Source: Chrysemys picta bellii (Eukaryota). From it: a DNA stretch of 64,000 nucleotides. Below, piece after piece: positions 51,722 to 62,922 of the stretch (positions are counted from its first letter, which is position 1; each line of letters starts with the position of its first letter). The notes under the pieces were generated by a model. It worked only from the letters and a program-made list of their open reading frames with translations, ran no database searches and had not been told where the DNA came from. A program made the translations under genes and the position numbers. The stretch is taken from the NCBI RefSeq assembly GCF_011386835.1, contig NC_088793.1:101680001-101744000 (forward strand), read 5' to 3'.

Positions 51722-52990
51722 TATGACACTCTCCACTCCATATTCACCAATATAATATGATTATGATATAATTTTGTGGCATCTTGTACTAAGTACACCT
51801 TGTAAGGTATCACTCTAAAAGTCTTGATCCATTGAACATTAAGAGCCTGTTGGATTGTATGTTTTATCATTGTATGTGAAGTTATAAAGTTTTGCTCTGT
51901 ATTTGTTACTGAAAGATGTTGTGAAGTTTAAAACACCCTCAGCTAGCCTTTCAGGTACAACAATGAAGAAGCTAGACAGTGCTAATGGTCCATCAGGAAA
52001 GACAAGGGACCATGGAAAAGGTTTGTCTCACCTGGGAGCATTTCAGCCAGCCTATGAGTAATGGCTGTTATGACTCAGCATGGTATGCAAAGGCATGTGA
52101 CCAGACCACATGACACTAAACTCCATTTTGTTACTTGTTTTTTTCCACAAACTGCCTGGGAACTTAGCTTAAAACAAAGGGTTCCCACCATATGGAGAGA
52201 CTATATAACATGGGAAGTGACATCATGATTTGTCTTCACTCTCCCCACAACTTAGCAACCGAAAGAACCTCTGGAAGACAAAGGACTTGGAATGGGGGAG
52301 AAGAACCCAGGCTGCACAGCAATTGCAGCCTGTGCCTTAAGACTCTGCAAGCCTGCTTGTATCATCCATCAGGTTGAGATATTGCTAATTGAAACCACAG
52401 TTGCCAACTTTTATGTGGTAAATAAACACCCCACTTTCACAATAAGCCAAAAATCAAGCTAATCCCATTTCAAAACAAGCCAATCCCTAAGAACCCCAAC
52501 ACTCTTTGTGACTAGATCCCCCCTGCGTGCAGTCTGGGGCTGTGGTGGGCCTGCTGTGCACCCCTGACTCTCTCCCCACTTTGCCCTGCTTACCCCGCTT
52601 TGCCCCTGCTTGCCGGGAGCCGATCGAAAAAAAGAAGCAACAAGCTACAAGCCAAAAACTAGCCAACAAGCAACTCACAAGCCAATTAAGCCAAAAACAA
52701 GACAAATATTTGTGTTTTTTTTCACAGGTTTGGCATGTCTGATTCAAATCCTATCTATCTAGTACATTATGCTTAGTTTCAGGTTTTTTTTTTTTTGGTA
52801 GGTAATCTGCTTTGATCTGTTTGCTACCTCTTATAATTACTTAAAATCCATTGGGACTTTATCTTAACCAGTGTGTATTTAAGTGAATTGTCTGGGGAAA
52901 TCTCAACTTGGGAAACACAGGCTTCTTGCATATCTTCCCCACATTGAGGGAGAGCAAATTAATTAATGAGCTTGCATCATATAGATCCCT
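51722..52990 (+). mobile_element. LTR-like element abutting the TAAR5 pseudogene 5' end, with a nested MITE
   Basis: Homology to TAAR5 upstream DNA stops abruptly at about 51715. LTR-like sequence follows and shares cttgtaaggtatca with the 2170 LTR. The 3' end is cut by CR1. Confidence 0.55.
52396..52741. mobile_element. hAT-type MITE nested in the LTR
   Basis: Imperfect TIR (CACAGTTGCCAAC / CAGACATGCCAAAC) and TSD ATTGAAAC/ATTCAAAT. Confidence 0.55.
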
Positions 52991-53690
52991 GTGCAGTGCT
53001 CCACTTAGGACTAAATCAAGAATCGCCTCTCCTCTTGTGGGTTCCAGGACTAGCTGCCCCAAGAAGCAGTCATTTAAGGTGTCAAGAAACTTTATTTCTC
53101 TGCATCCCTTCCTGAGGTGACATGTACCCAGTCAATATGGGGATAGTTGAAATCCCCCATTATTATTGAGTTTTTAATTTTTATAGCCTCTCTAATCTCC
53201 CTGAGCATTTCACAGTCACTATCACCATCCTGGTCAGGTGGTCAGTAATATATCCCTTCTGCTATATTCTTATTATTCGAATATGGAATTACTATCCATA
53301 GAGCTCCCATGGTACAGTTTAGTTCATTTAAGATTTTTACTTCATTTGATTCTTCACTTTCTTTCACATATAGTGCCACTCCCCCACCAGCATGACCTGT
53401 TCTGTCCTTCAGATATATTTTGTACCCTGGTATTATTGTGTCCCATTGATTATCCTCATTCCACCAAGTTTCTGTGATGCCTATTGTATCAATATCCTCA
53501 TTTAATACAAGGCGCTCTAGTTCACCCATCTTATTATTTAGACTTCTAGCATTGGCATATAAGCACTTTTGTCACTTTTTAGCTGTCTCCCATTACATGA
53601 TGTAATTGAATGAGACTTTTTTTCATTTAACTGTTTCTCATCAGATGCTACCTGTATATTATCTTCCATCCTCTCCCTTGAGCCATTCAT
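52990..53690 (-). mobile_element. CR1 LINE fragment, ORF2 endonuclease domain
   Basis: DIDTIGITETWW, PGYKIYLKDR...GGGVALYVKES, EGIYY and EPTRGEAILDLVLS. Confidence 0.9.
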
Positions 53691-54262
53691 TTACCTATAA
53701 ACAAATCTAGTGTTCTCCCTTGAACCCCTGTTCTTTCTCTACAAAAACCCCTACCTGTGCTCAAGTAAGTGCTCTGAAGCCTGGATCCAAAATCTGCATC
53801 AGTTCCATTGGGACTTCATCTTCTCCTGACTGATCATGCTGGGGGCTCTGTCTGTCTCCAACACTCCAGACCCTCAGATACCACCACCACCTGGGACCCC
53901 CGATCGATTCAAGCTTCACGGAGCGGTGAGAACCTAACGCGCTCTCTCTCTCTCTCTCTCGCTATAGCCTTCTGACCCTGACTTGTGTGATCAGTTATAG
54001 TTTTCTAAACCTGACTTTTATAATCAAATTTAAGTTAGATTTAATATTATAACTGTTTTGTTTATTTGGCTCCCCTGGTGTGTTTATTGCCTGGCAATAA
54101 ATAACTTTCATGGTTAAGCTGGTTGCTTCGCTTTCTCTCTCGTGGGTGTTTTTTGGCTTCCTCATTTGCTCTGCAGCAACACTCCTCATACCTAAGCTAA
54201 AGATCCCTGCAGCACCCAAAAATCCTGTGGGGTTTGTTCATCAAGTGGGTTACTACCAGAAC
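53690..54262 (+). mobile_element. Possible LTR/ERV-derived fragment
   Basis: LTR-like sequence with a (CT)n run and AATAAA at about 54096. Boundaries uncertain. Confidence 0.3.
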
Positions 54263-54704
54263 AATTGTAATGTGAAAGAGGGGATAGGGACGTGCTCAAC
54301 TTGGGGCATATGAGGGTGGCAGATTGAAAGTGGTGCTCGACCCAGCCTGCTCAGGCGTGCTCTATTCCAGTGCGGTGCCCATGGCATATGAGGGGGACAG
54401 CTTGGAAGTGCTGTTCGACCCATCTATATACATATATAATATATATGTATAACAGACATATAACGGGTCAGCTTGGGAGTGGTATAGAGCTTTTAGTGGC
54501 AAAGTTATATCGACCAAGTGTCAGTTTAGATACCACACGGTGTCCACACCACCCCAAGGAGCTCACTCTCCCCCTACCCCACCTGGCCCCAGGAGGAGCT
54601 TGCTGCCCATCCTCACCCCCCACCACCCTGGCAGGAACACACTCTTACTTCTGCCCTGGCCCTGGCAGGAGCTCCCTCTTCCATCCCCCATGCCCTGGCA
54701 CTGG

Positions 54705-55738
54705 TAGGGTTACCATATTTCAGCAAGAAAAAAAGAGGACGGGAGGAGCCCCACCCTAGCCCCGCCCCTGCCCCTCCCACTTCCCGCCCCCCCAGAACCC
54801 CCAACCCTCCCCCCGTTCCTTGTCCCCTGACTGCCCCCTCCTGGGACCCCTGCCCCTAACTGCCCCCCAGGACTCCACTCCCTATCTAAGCCTCCCTGCC
54901 TCTTGTCCCCTGACTGCCCCAACCCTTATCCATAACCCCACCCCCAGACAGACCCCTGGGACTCCCACGCCCCATCCAACCACTCCCCACCCCCTGACAG
55001 CCCCCCCCAGAACTCCCAACCCATCTAAACCCCTCTGCTCCCTGTCCCCTGACTGCTCCGATCCATCTCCACACCCCTGCCACCTGACAGCCCCCCCCAG
55101 AACTCCCAAACACTCCCCCCCTGCTCCTTGTCCCCTGACTGCCCCCTCCTGGGACCCCTGCTCCTAACTGCCCTCCAGAACCCCACCCCCTACCTAAGAC
55201 TCCCTGTTCCTTGTCCCCTAACTGCCCCCTCCTAAGACCCCCCCCAACTGCCCCCCAGGACCCTACCCCCTACCTGTACCCTGACTGCCCAAAACTTTCT
55301 CCACTCCCCCCAAAAAGCCCCCCCCCGTTTCTTGACTGCCACCTCCAGAACCTTCCTGCCCCCTGACCTCCTTACCCTGCTGCTCAGAACAGAGTGTTGG
55401 GCTCTGTGCAGCCGAGCCGGACACGTGGCTGAGCTCCCCAGCACAACAAAACCCGGTCCCTGGCCCTGCACAACAAAACCCGGTCTGGCTCTGCACAGTG
55501 CTGCCGGACTGGGCTGCAAGGGAGCTGCCGGCTCAGAATGCAGGGCGGATCCGGCTCCTCTACAGCTGCTCCTGAGTCCAGCCCGGGACTTCCCTGCAGC
55601 CCTCCCAGCCGCTCGCTCTGCCGGGGGGGGGGTGGGGGATCCCGGACATTTTGAGTGCTTTACAAATTCCCCCCGGACGCTATTTTTAGCACAAAAAGGA
55701 GGACATGTCCGGGTAAATCCGGACGAATGGTAACCCTA
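54705..55738. mobile_element. Non-autonomous hAT-type element (TAGGGTTACCA family)
   Basis: TIR TAGGGTTACCAT, a perfect 8-bp TSD GGCACTGG and a C-rich tandem core. Confidence 0.92.
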
Positions 55739-56464
55739 GGCACTGGCAGGAACTCGCTCTAACTTCCCTCCCCACCTCGCCCTGGCTTCGCCTGGAGCTC
55801 GCTCTTCCCTACCTCTGTGGCCCCAGGGCGGGAGAAGTTATGTGTGCCTAATGATTACAGGTGGGGGGGAGGGGGAGGGCTGTGCCCCTGCTTGCCCCAA
55901 CCTTGTGCATGCTCCTGTCAGGATGGGCATTGTGAAACACCTCCTGGAGGCCATTTGCAGTGACATAACCAAGTGCTTTGTTGATATAACTTTGCCACAA
56001 AAAGCTCTACACCACTCGTCGTGGTGGTTTAACTTTGTCAGCAAGGAAGCAGGAGAGTTTTGTCATCAGAAGGAGAATTGTAGAGTGTACATCTCCACTG
56101 TTTGTCAATGAAACCTGACTTTTGTTGACAAAACTGTGTAGTGCAGACAAGCCTAATAACCACCTGTGGCCTATCTAGGAGTCTTTCATCATCCTCTGCA
56201 ACACTGAGTAGGGATTATCTGTTAGGATGAAGTGGGCATATCCCATGTAATCAGTTTCCCATAATTTCAGGATTTTCATTGCTGGATTTTAGTCCTTTTT
56301 TTTTTTTGGCATCTCCATTATTGTCTCAATATGCAAGAAATTCATTCCAATCCACATGTACAAGTATCTCCATCAGAATACTACCCGTATCTTATATATC
56401 TTGTATGTGATTGAAAGAACAGCGGCTTCTGATTTCCAGCGCAGTCAGTATAGACCATTTTGTG

Positions 56465-57300
56465 TAGGGTTACCATATTTTGAGCCTCCAAAAGGAGGAC
56501 ACTCCACGGGGCCCCGGCCCCGCCCCCATCCCCGCCCACGCCCCCCACGCCCCAACTCCGCCCCTTCCCCAAAGTCCCTGCCCCAACTCCGCCCCCTCCC
56601 CTGCTTCCCGCGAACATTTGATTCGCGGGAAGCCTGAAGCAGGTAAGAAGGGGGGGTGGGGGGAGGAGGCGCGGCCCAGTCTGGCCCCCCCGGCGTCTCC
56701 ACTCTGGGTCGGCTCGGGCCCTGGGGTGCCGGCCCCGGGCCCGGCCCCCGGCCGAGCACCCCCGGCCTGCCCAGCACTGCCAGTCCCCGGCCTGGCCCCC
56801 AGGCCTCCAGCCGAGCACCCCCCGGCCCGCCCAGCACTGCCGGTCCCCGGCCCCTGGGCCCCTGGCCGAGCACCCCCGGCCCGCCCAGCACTGACGGTCC
56901 CTGGCCCGGCCCCCGGGCCCCCGGCCGAGCACCCCCGGCCGAGCACCCCCGACCCGCCCAGCACTGCCGGTCCCTGGCCCCTGGGCCCCCGGCCGAGCAC
57001 CCCCGGCCCGCCCAGCACTGATGGTCCCCGGCCTGGCCCCCGGCTCAGCACCTCCCGGCCCTGGTCCCCGGCCCCCAGCTCGGCACCGCCGCCCTCCGGT
57101 CCCCGGCTCGGCACCGCCGGCCCCCGTCCCCCGGCTCGGCACCGCCGACCGCCGGCCCGGCCCCCGGCCCAGCACTGCCGGCCCCGCATGTCCCGATTTT
57201 CCCCGAACATGTCCGGCTTTTTGGGATTTCCCCCCGGACGGGGATTTGGAGCACAAAAAGCCGGACATGTCCGGGAAAATCCGGATGTATGGTAACCCTA
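56465..57300. mobile_element. Non-autonomous hAT-type element (TAGGGTTACCA family), specific to copy 3
   Basis: TIR TAGGGTTACCATA and a perfect 8-bp TSD ATTTTGTG. Empty site at 24895-24902. GC/CpG-rich tandem core. Confidence 0.95.
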
Positions 57301-60300
57301 ATTTTGTGTCCGTTTTTCAGAGTGACTCAGCTGTTGTAGCCACAGAAATGTGCACACACCTGCAAAATACCTAACATAACATTACACAGTTTTTGTGCTA
57401 TCATGCCCATGGATATGCCATCACCTGATCTATGTATGCAAATATCCACTTAATTGAGCAAATGGGGGTGGGGGGTTGCAAGTGCATTCCATCCATGGGC
57501 ATTTTTCCTGCACTTTCAGTACACCCTCTGCTGATGATTCAGTCATGTAGGTTTAAATAGTACAATGTAAAAAAACAATCTCCAAGCAGGGAGTGGAGGA
57601 GCTACCAGTGCACTGGCATTGCTTGTTCACTGCCACATCAGCTGTGGATGAAACCAGCACGACGAACACTGCAGAAATCTGACCAGCAGAGGAAATACAA
57701 AAGATATGGGAGAGAGATTATCATGCATTATCTTTCTTTTGCAGGCAATTCCTGGGACTTGTGGCCTTTGTATAATAACAAAGTACTCATTCTACCAACT
57801 ATTTGGGAGCCAGAATGTAACAAAGACTTATATCTGAAACAGCTTTAGTTGAAAAGTTCTCTTAAGAAGAGTCACATTAATTATGGGTATTTAAGGTCTG
57901 CAAAAAGACGGTTAATGAGACCCCCTTATAGCCTCTGACTGATTCCCTTGGCTGTTTTGCTGCTTTTTGCTACTGAGAGAACATGAATCTCACATGGGAA
58001 CCCTCAAAGAAAAACAGCTTCCATAGGTCTATCCCCTGAGCTCTGTCTGATGTCCTGCTCAGTGTTCAGGGGTTTTTAAAACATTGTTTAAGCTCCTGTA
58101 AAATCTCACTCCGTATCAAAACTAAACACTGAATTTATTTTAAAAAGTCACTTTGAATCTGGGAATAAAGAAGCTGCTACCATGCTGAGTGGCATGGCAC
58201 ATTAAGGGCAAAATGGTAGAGGTCCTGAATAACAAGGAATCAAAGACCAGGTTCTCCAGTCTGCTTTGTCCTCCATTAATGTAAGCAGCACAAAGTGGCC
58301 TTAAAGCCTATGGAGATGGCCAGCCTAGAGTTCCCTTTAAACAAGGAAATTTTGCATTGGCATAAAGCTGGCAGGGGTAGCACAGCTGCCTCCTGCATCC
58401 CCACCCCACAGTGCCCAGCCTAAGGAGAGGGAGGGTGCAGTGGGGGTGGGGCAGTGATCCATTATGTCCAATCCTCCAGTAGCTTAATATCACTGTACAG
58501 AAATAACTTGCATTGGAGATGGGCAACCTCAGATTTGGGAGCTACAGCCAACTCTCTGTGGCTCTTCTCTCTAACGAAGCCCTACATGTCTAAGTATACA
58601 AAGGCCAGTATAACCAGCCTCACTTCATTCCTTCCTGGCTCTCCAGGGTCTGGGGACATGGCAGGGTCAGCTGGGAAAAGAAGGGGATGTTTTGGAGGGG
58701 GGCTGTATCACGGGACCATTCTAGTTGACTGTTCTGACTGGCCCCCGTGCAGTCCTGGCTTAGAAAGGTGGGTGACAGCCATCGTTGCTTGACCCCATAA
58801 GCTGCGTCAAGCTGATGATTACACCCCAAATGTTTGTTTAGTGCATTTAAACAAGGTTTCAATGTTGATTGTGTGTTCACTGCCATTTTCAGAAAATCGG
58901 GAAGTGCAACTCTTTTCAATAAACTCTTGAATGAGCCATCAGATATTAGCAGCTTTAGTAAACTGGGCTGGGTTTGAAATGTGAGGCACTTCATGGCTCA
59001 TTACCAAGCCTTTGAGATATCTCCATCTCCTTCCATTGCTGACAATGTCAGCACTGGCACTTGAATAGATTGGTGATTTCTGGCCACATAGAATGGTGAA
59101 TATGAAAGCACTTTTTGTTAATAATAGTGTTAGATTTACAGAATAGTTTTGAACTGAGACAAGCCTACTGTAACTCCTATTGGCTCAGCTAAGAGAGGAT
59201 CCCATACTCACATAATAGAGCAGCTGCTTTTGAACTATTCATGTTTGATTCCCAACTACAGTAACGTGCACAATACATAAACAGTGAGTCCAATCACCAG
59301 AAAGGGGAACCCAGTCTCTGGTTAAGACTCCTCTAGTGTCTATCCACCCTCTAACAGACATAACAAATACCATCCCAGATATATGCTGGTGGGCAAATAT
59401 GTAGACGTATAGTAATATAAGGAAGGGCCTACTTGAATCGTGGGATAATTGTGAAATAATCATGGCTGAGTCGCAGACAAGACATAGAAAATCTTGAAAA
59501 AGTAACAATGGAGCTTTATTAATTGCGGAAATTTAGAAAAGCCAGAGAAGACCTATTTGTGAAAGAAAATTTTTCCAGAACAATATAAACACTAAAGTAT
59601 ATTATGCCTGCTAATTTTTTTTTTGATAACCAGACATTTTGTGGCAACTACTAATGCAAGGGGCTGACAATGGGAGTCCCGGCCACCAGCCACCAGTGGC
59701 TGAGAGCAGGAGCCCCAGGTGTTAGCTGCCCAGGGCTCCTGCTGTCATTCCCCGGTGTCTGGCAAAATTGCAGGGGAAGCCTAATATTGTGGGATCTGCA
59801 ATTTCTGCAAAGGCCTTAAATATAAGATATTTTATCAGTGATTTTAATTATTCCAATATTTTAAACTCTATCTTATCAATGTGGTTTCATAAGCAGTACA
59901 AAATTAGTATGGAAAATACGAACTAGCAGTAGCCCTTCACCACAAGAGGTCTTCTTGGTCCCTCTGGCAGGAGCCAGCATAAACAGGTGGAGTTTGGATC
60001 GGACTGTAAAGAGAACAAACTTAGGCACCACCATCTGCCCTCCCTCAGAAATGCCCCACTCCATAAGACCAATGGTCCAGTTAGTCCAGAATTCGGTCTT
60101 CCAACAGTGGTCAATTCCAGGAGCTTCAGAGGGAATGAATAGAACAGGCAATATCAAGTGATCCATCCCCTGTGATCCAATCCCAGCTTCTGGCAAACAG
60201 GCTAGGGACACACAGAGCATAATGTTGCATCCCTGCCCATCCTGGCTAATAGCCATTGATGGACCTATCCCTCCAGGAACATATCTAGTTCTTTTTTTAA

Positions 60301-61044
60301 CCCAGTCATACTCTCACAACATCCCCTGGCATCCTCCAAACTCCCACATGTTAATCAGGACTGCTAAGGTTCTCAGCTGACCTCAGCTACTTTGGTAATG
60401 CATGGAGACAGGTGATTTCTCAAGTGCAGCAGCTACAACCCAAAACGAACACTGACTCAATGAACATTCAGAACACTTAATAACTCGTTGACTTGTGTAT
60501 ATGAGACTGGCCTGGGTAGATTGTATGTAGATAAAGACCAGTTATTCAGCCAGAGAAAATATTTTGGGCTGAGTTGTGTTACCCTTATTCATGCTGAGAA
60601 TTAGAGAAAAATACTCTCAGTTGGAGTAAGGCTGGCGTTATCGGGCCCACAACAATAGGGAATCCATTTTCAAACATGGGTAACTAGATAAATTAATACT
60701 TAAATGCTGCACTTGGAGTCTCAAACTGGTACTTGCACAGAAATGACATTGTAGGGTAGTTGTCAAAATGATCAATGTTATATACAGGAACAAAGCTGGA
60801 TAGAATGTAGTGTATAGTTTGCCAGACTGTTCTCTCACTTCCTATTATCCAGACAGCTCACTAAGATAGCATGCTAATCCTTAAACAATACCTGTAGAGA
60901 CACGCTACAAATGAGTTACTCCAAAAGCATGTGCAGATTCTTGTAAATATTGTCAATATATAGGGCACTATGTGAACTGTTCTAAAAGATCTCTGGAAAC
61001 AGCATAGGCATCTATTTTTATTCATAAAAGCCCTACCTGGTTAA

Positions 61045-62088
61045 TTAAGTATATACGGGAAATAAAGTACGAGTAGAGGATTCCGGTCTGAAGATTGTAC
61101 CAGTCACAATCATTTTAAATGCTTTGCGAAACCAAGAATAAAATAAACCATAAATGATTGGATTACAAGTAGAATTGAAGTATCCCAGCCAGAGGAAGGC
61201 ATTGTACAAGTCTTCAGGTGTGGAGAAGTTAATAAAAGGATCAGCTATTGTAAGAATAATGAAAGGCAGCCAACAAAAAACAAATACCCCCATGACTATA
61301 CTTAAAGTCTTAGTTGCTTTGTTCTCTTTTTTTGTGGAGATTTTGTTTTTCATTTCAGAGACACATTTTATTGCACTGGGGATTTTAGCAATTTGTTTAG
61401 CATGTTTTCTTGCCACAGTAAATATGTGAACATAGATCCCCACCATCACTGTGCCTGGGAAAAAGAAGGTTATAAGAGAAGCCAGCACTCCCCAAAGCTT
61501 GTTAAATATCAGTGCACAGAAACCACAGCAGTCAATGGAAACAACATATACTTCAATGCCATCAGTATTCAACTGTGAAAAAACTAGGCCAAAAGCCAAT
61601 AAGAATGGGACAGTCCAGCTAATTAATAAAAATAATACTATCACAGGGATAGTTATTTTGGTGACATAATGCAATGGGTCACAAACTGCATAGTAACGGT
61701 CAACAGAGATAAAACATAGATGGAAAATAGAGGTGGTACAGAGCATTATATCACAGCAAGTATGGAGTTTGCAGAAGAGGTCTCCAAAATACCAGCATGA
61801 CTCAATAGACCTGATCATACTGTAGGGCATAACCATGAAACTAAGCAAAAAGTCAGTAGCTGCCATGGAGCAGATCAGGAAGTTGGTTGGAGAGTGAAGC
61901 TGTTTGAAATGAGCGATGGAAATGATCACAAGCATATTCCCACCCATTGTGAGCACTATTGCTCCCACCATGAAGATGTACATTGCCCAAAGACTGATTG
62001 TAGACCTTACATTTCTAGGACATGAATTGTGAACAAAGTCAAAGCAATACTCCACATTCTGTGGACTCCAGAGGTTGGATGAATTCAT
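61045..62088 (-). CDS. TAAR4: Trace amine-associated receptor 4, copy c
   Basis: Intact 347-aa ORF with 23 amino-acid differences from each of copies a and b (hand count). Asp3.32 retained. Confidence 0.92.
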   Translation of the reverse strand: MNSSNLWSPQNVEYCFDFVHNSCPRNVRSTISLWAMYIFMVGAIVLTMGGNMLVIISIAHFKQLHSPTNFLICSMAATDFLLSFMVMPYSMIRSIESCWYFGDLFCKLHTCCDIMLCTTSIFHLCFISVDRYYAVCDPLHYVTKITIPVIVLFLLISWTVPFLLAFGLVFSQLNTDGIEVYVVSIDCCGFCALIFNKLWGVLASLITFFFPGTVMVGIYVHIFTVARKHAKQIAKIPSAIKCVSEMKNKISTKKENKATKTLSIVMGVFVFCWLPFIILTIADPFINFSTPEDLYNAFLWLGYFNSTCNPIIYGLFYSWFRKAFKMIVTGTIFRPESSTRTLFPVYT

Positions 62089-62527
62089 GATTTGGGATCA
62101 TCGACAGTAACTTTTTCAAAAGTATTACAATGCAGCCAGTCCTGGGGGAAAAGAAAATTTAAACAAAGTGACATGAACATCTGCAGACCTGTGTTTCAGA
62201 TTAGTTGATTAACACCTAACATTAAAAATAATGGGTCTAATTCTACTCTCAGTTGCAATAACATAAATTCAGAACAATCCCCATTTACTTCGGAGGAGTT
62301 AATCCAGATGTACACCAGTATAAGAGATAGCAGAATTTGGCCCAATGATAAAAAAAGAAAAAAGGGCCGAATCTTTTCCTAAATACTTTTGAATCTTAAG
62401 ATGCTCAAAAATTCTAAGTAATATTGGATATTTGTGCTATGGAGTTTACATTCAACAGTTTAAGCACCTTGATAAGAAGTTTGCACAATGAAAGCCTCAA
62501 ACATATGACACTCCCCTGTATTGCAAA

Positions 62528-62922
62528 CACAGGCGGATTCTGGTTTTGTGGGGCCCTGAGCCAGAGTAAGTGGGGGCCCCTCTCCACGCCTTCCGCCTGC
62601 AGTCCCGCCCCTCGCACCTCCTCCACACTTCTGCCATGGAAATGGGTTTGGGGCGTGGGGAGGCTTGCCCTGTTCTGCCTGCCTGGTTCTCCTGCCGGGG
62701 AGCAGGGTCGAGGTGCAGAGGCTTCCCCTGCTCCCCAGCAGGAGCACTGGGCAGGCACTCAGAGCAGGGCAAGCCTCCACCCCACTATCCCCACTTCCTG
62801 GCAGGAGCACCAGGGAGGCAGAGCAGGTTGGGGTGCGAGGGCACTCATTTTTCCAGAGCCCCCACAATTGGCCGGAGCCCCAGGGCATGGACCTCATTCG
62901 CCCAGTGGCTAATCCACCACTG
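62528..62922. mobile_element. hAT-type MITE inserted in the predicted non-coding exon 1 of TAAR4c
   Basis: Imperfect TIR CA..GG.GGATT (right end CAGTGGTGGATT) and TSD ATTGCAAA/ATTGCACA. Absent in copies a and b. Confidence 0.8.

Noticed and set aside
53840-53853. TGGGGGCTC(T)GTC resembling a tRNA-Pro primer-binding site
   Set aside because: The match is short and gapped, no clear LTR end precedes it and no gag follows.
56730-57180. Regularly recurring GC-rich units that superficially resemble a CRISPR array
   Set aside because: These are degenerate tandem repeats with no unique spacers, in a eukaryotic context with no cas genes.
56381-57374. Long Gly/Pro/Arg/Ala-rich ORFs (up to 295 aa); similar ones at 14088-14722, 8330-8958 and 54613-55733
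   Set aside because: They arise from stop-poor GC tandem repeats inside non-autonomous transposons, and several frames are open at once.
61045-62088. TAAR4c as an a/b recombinant chimera
   Set aside because: Sites shared with a or with b are interspersed along the gene, and private changes are about equal per copy (11/11/12), so no breakpoint is evident.
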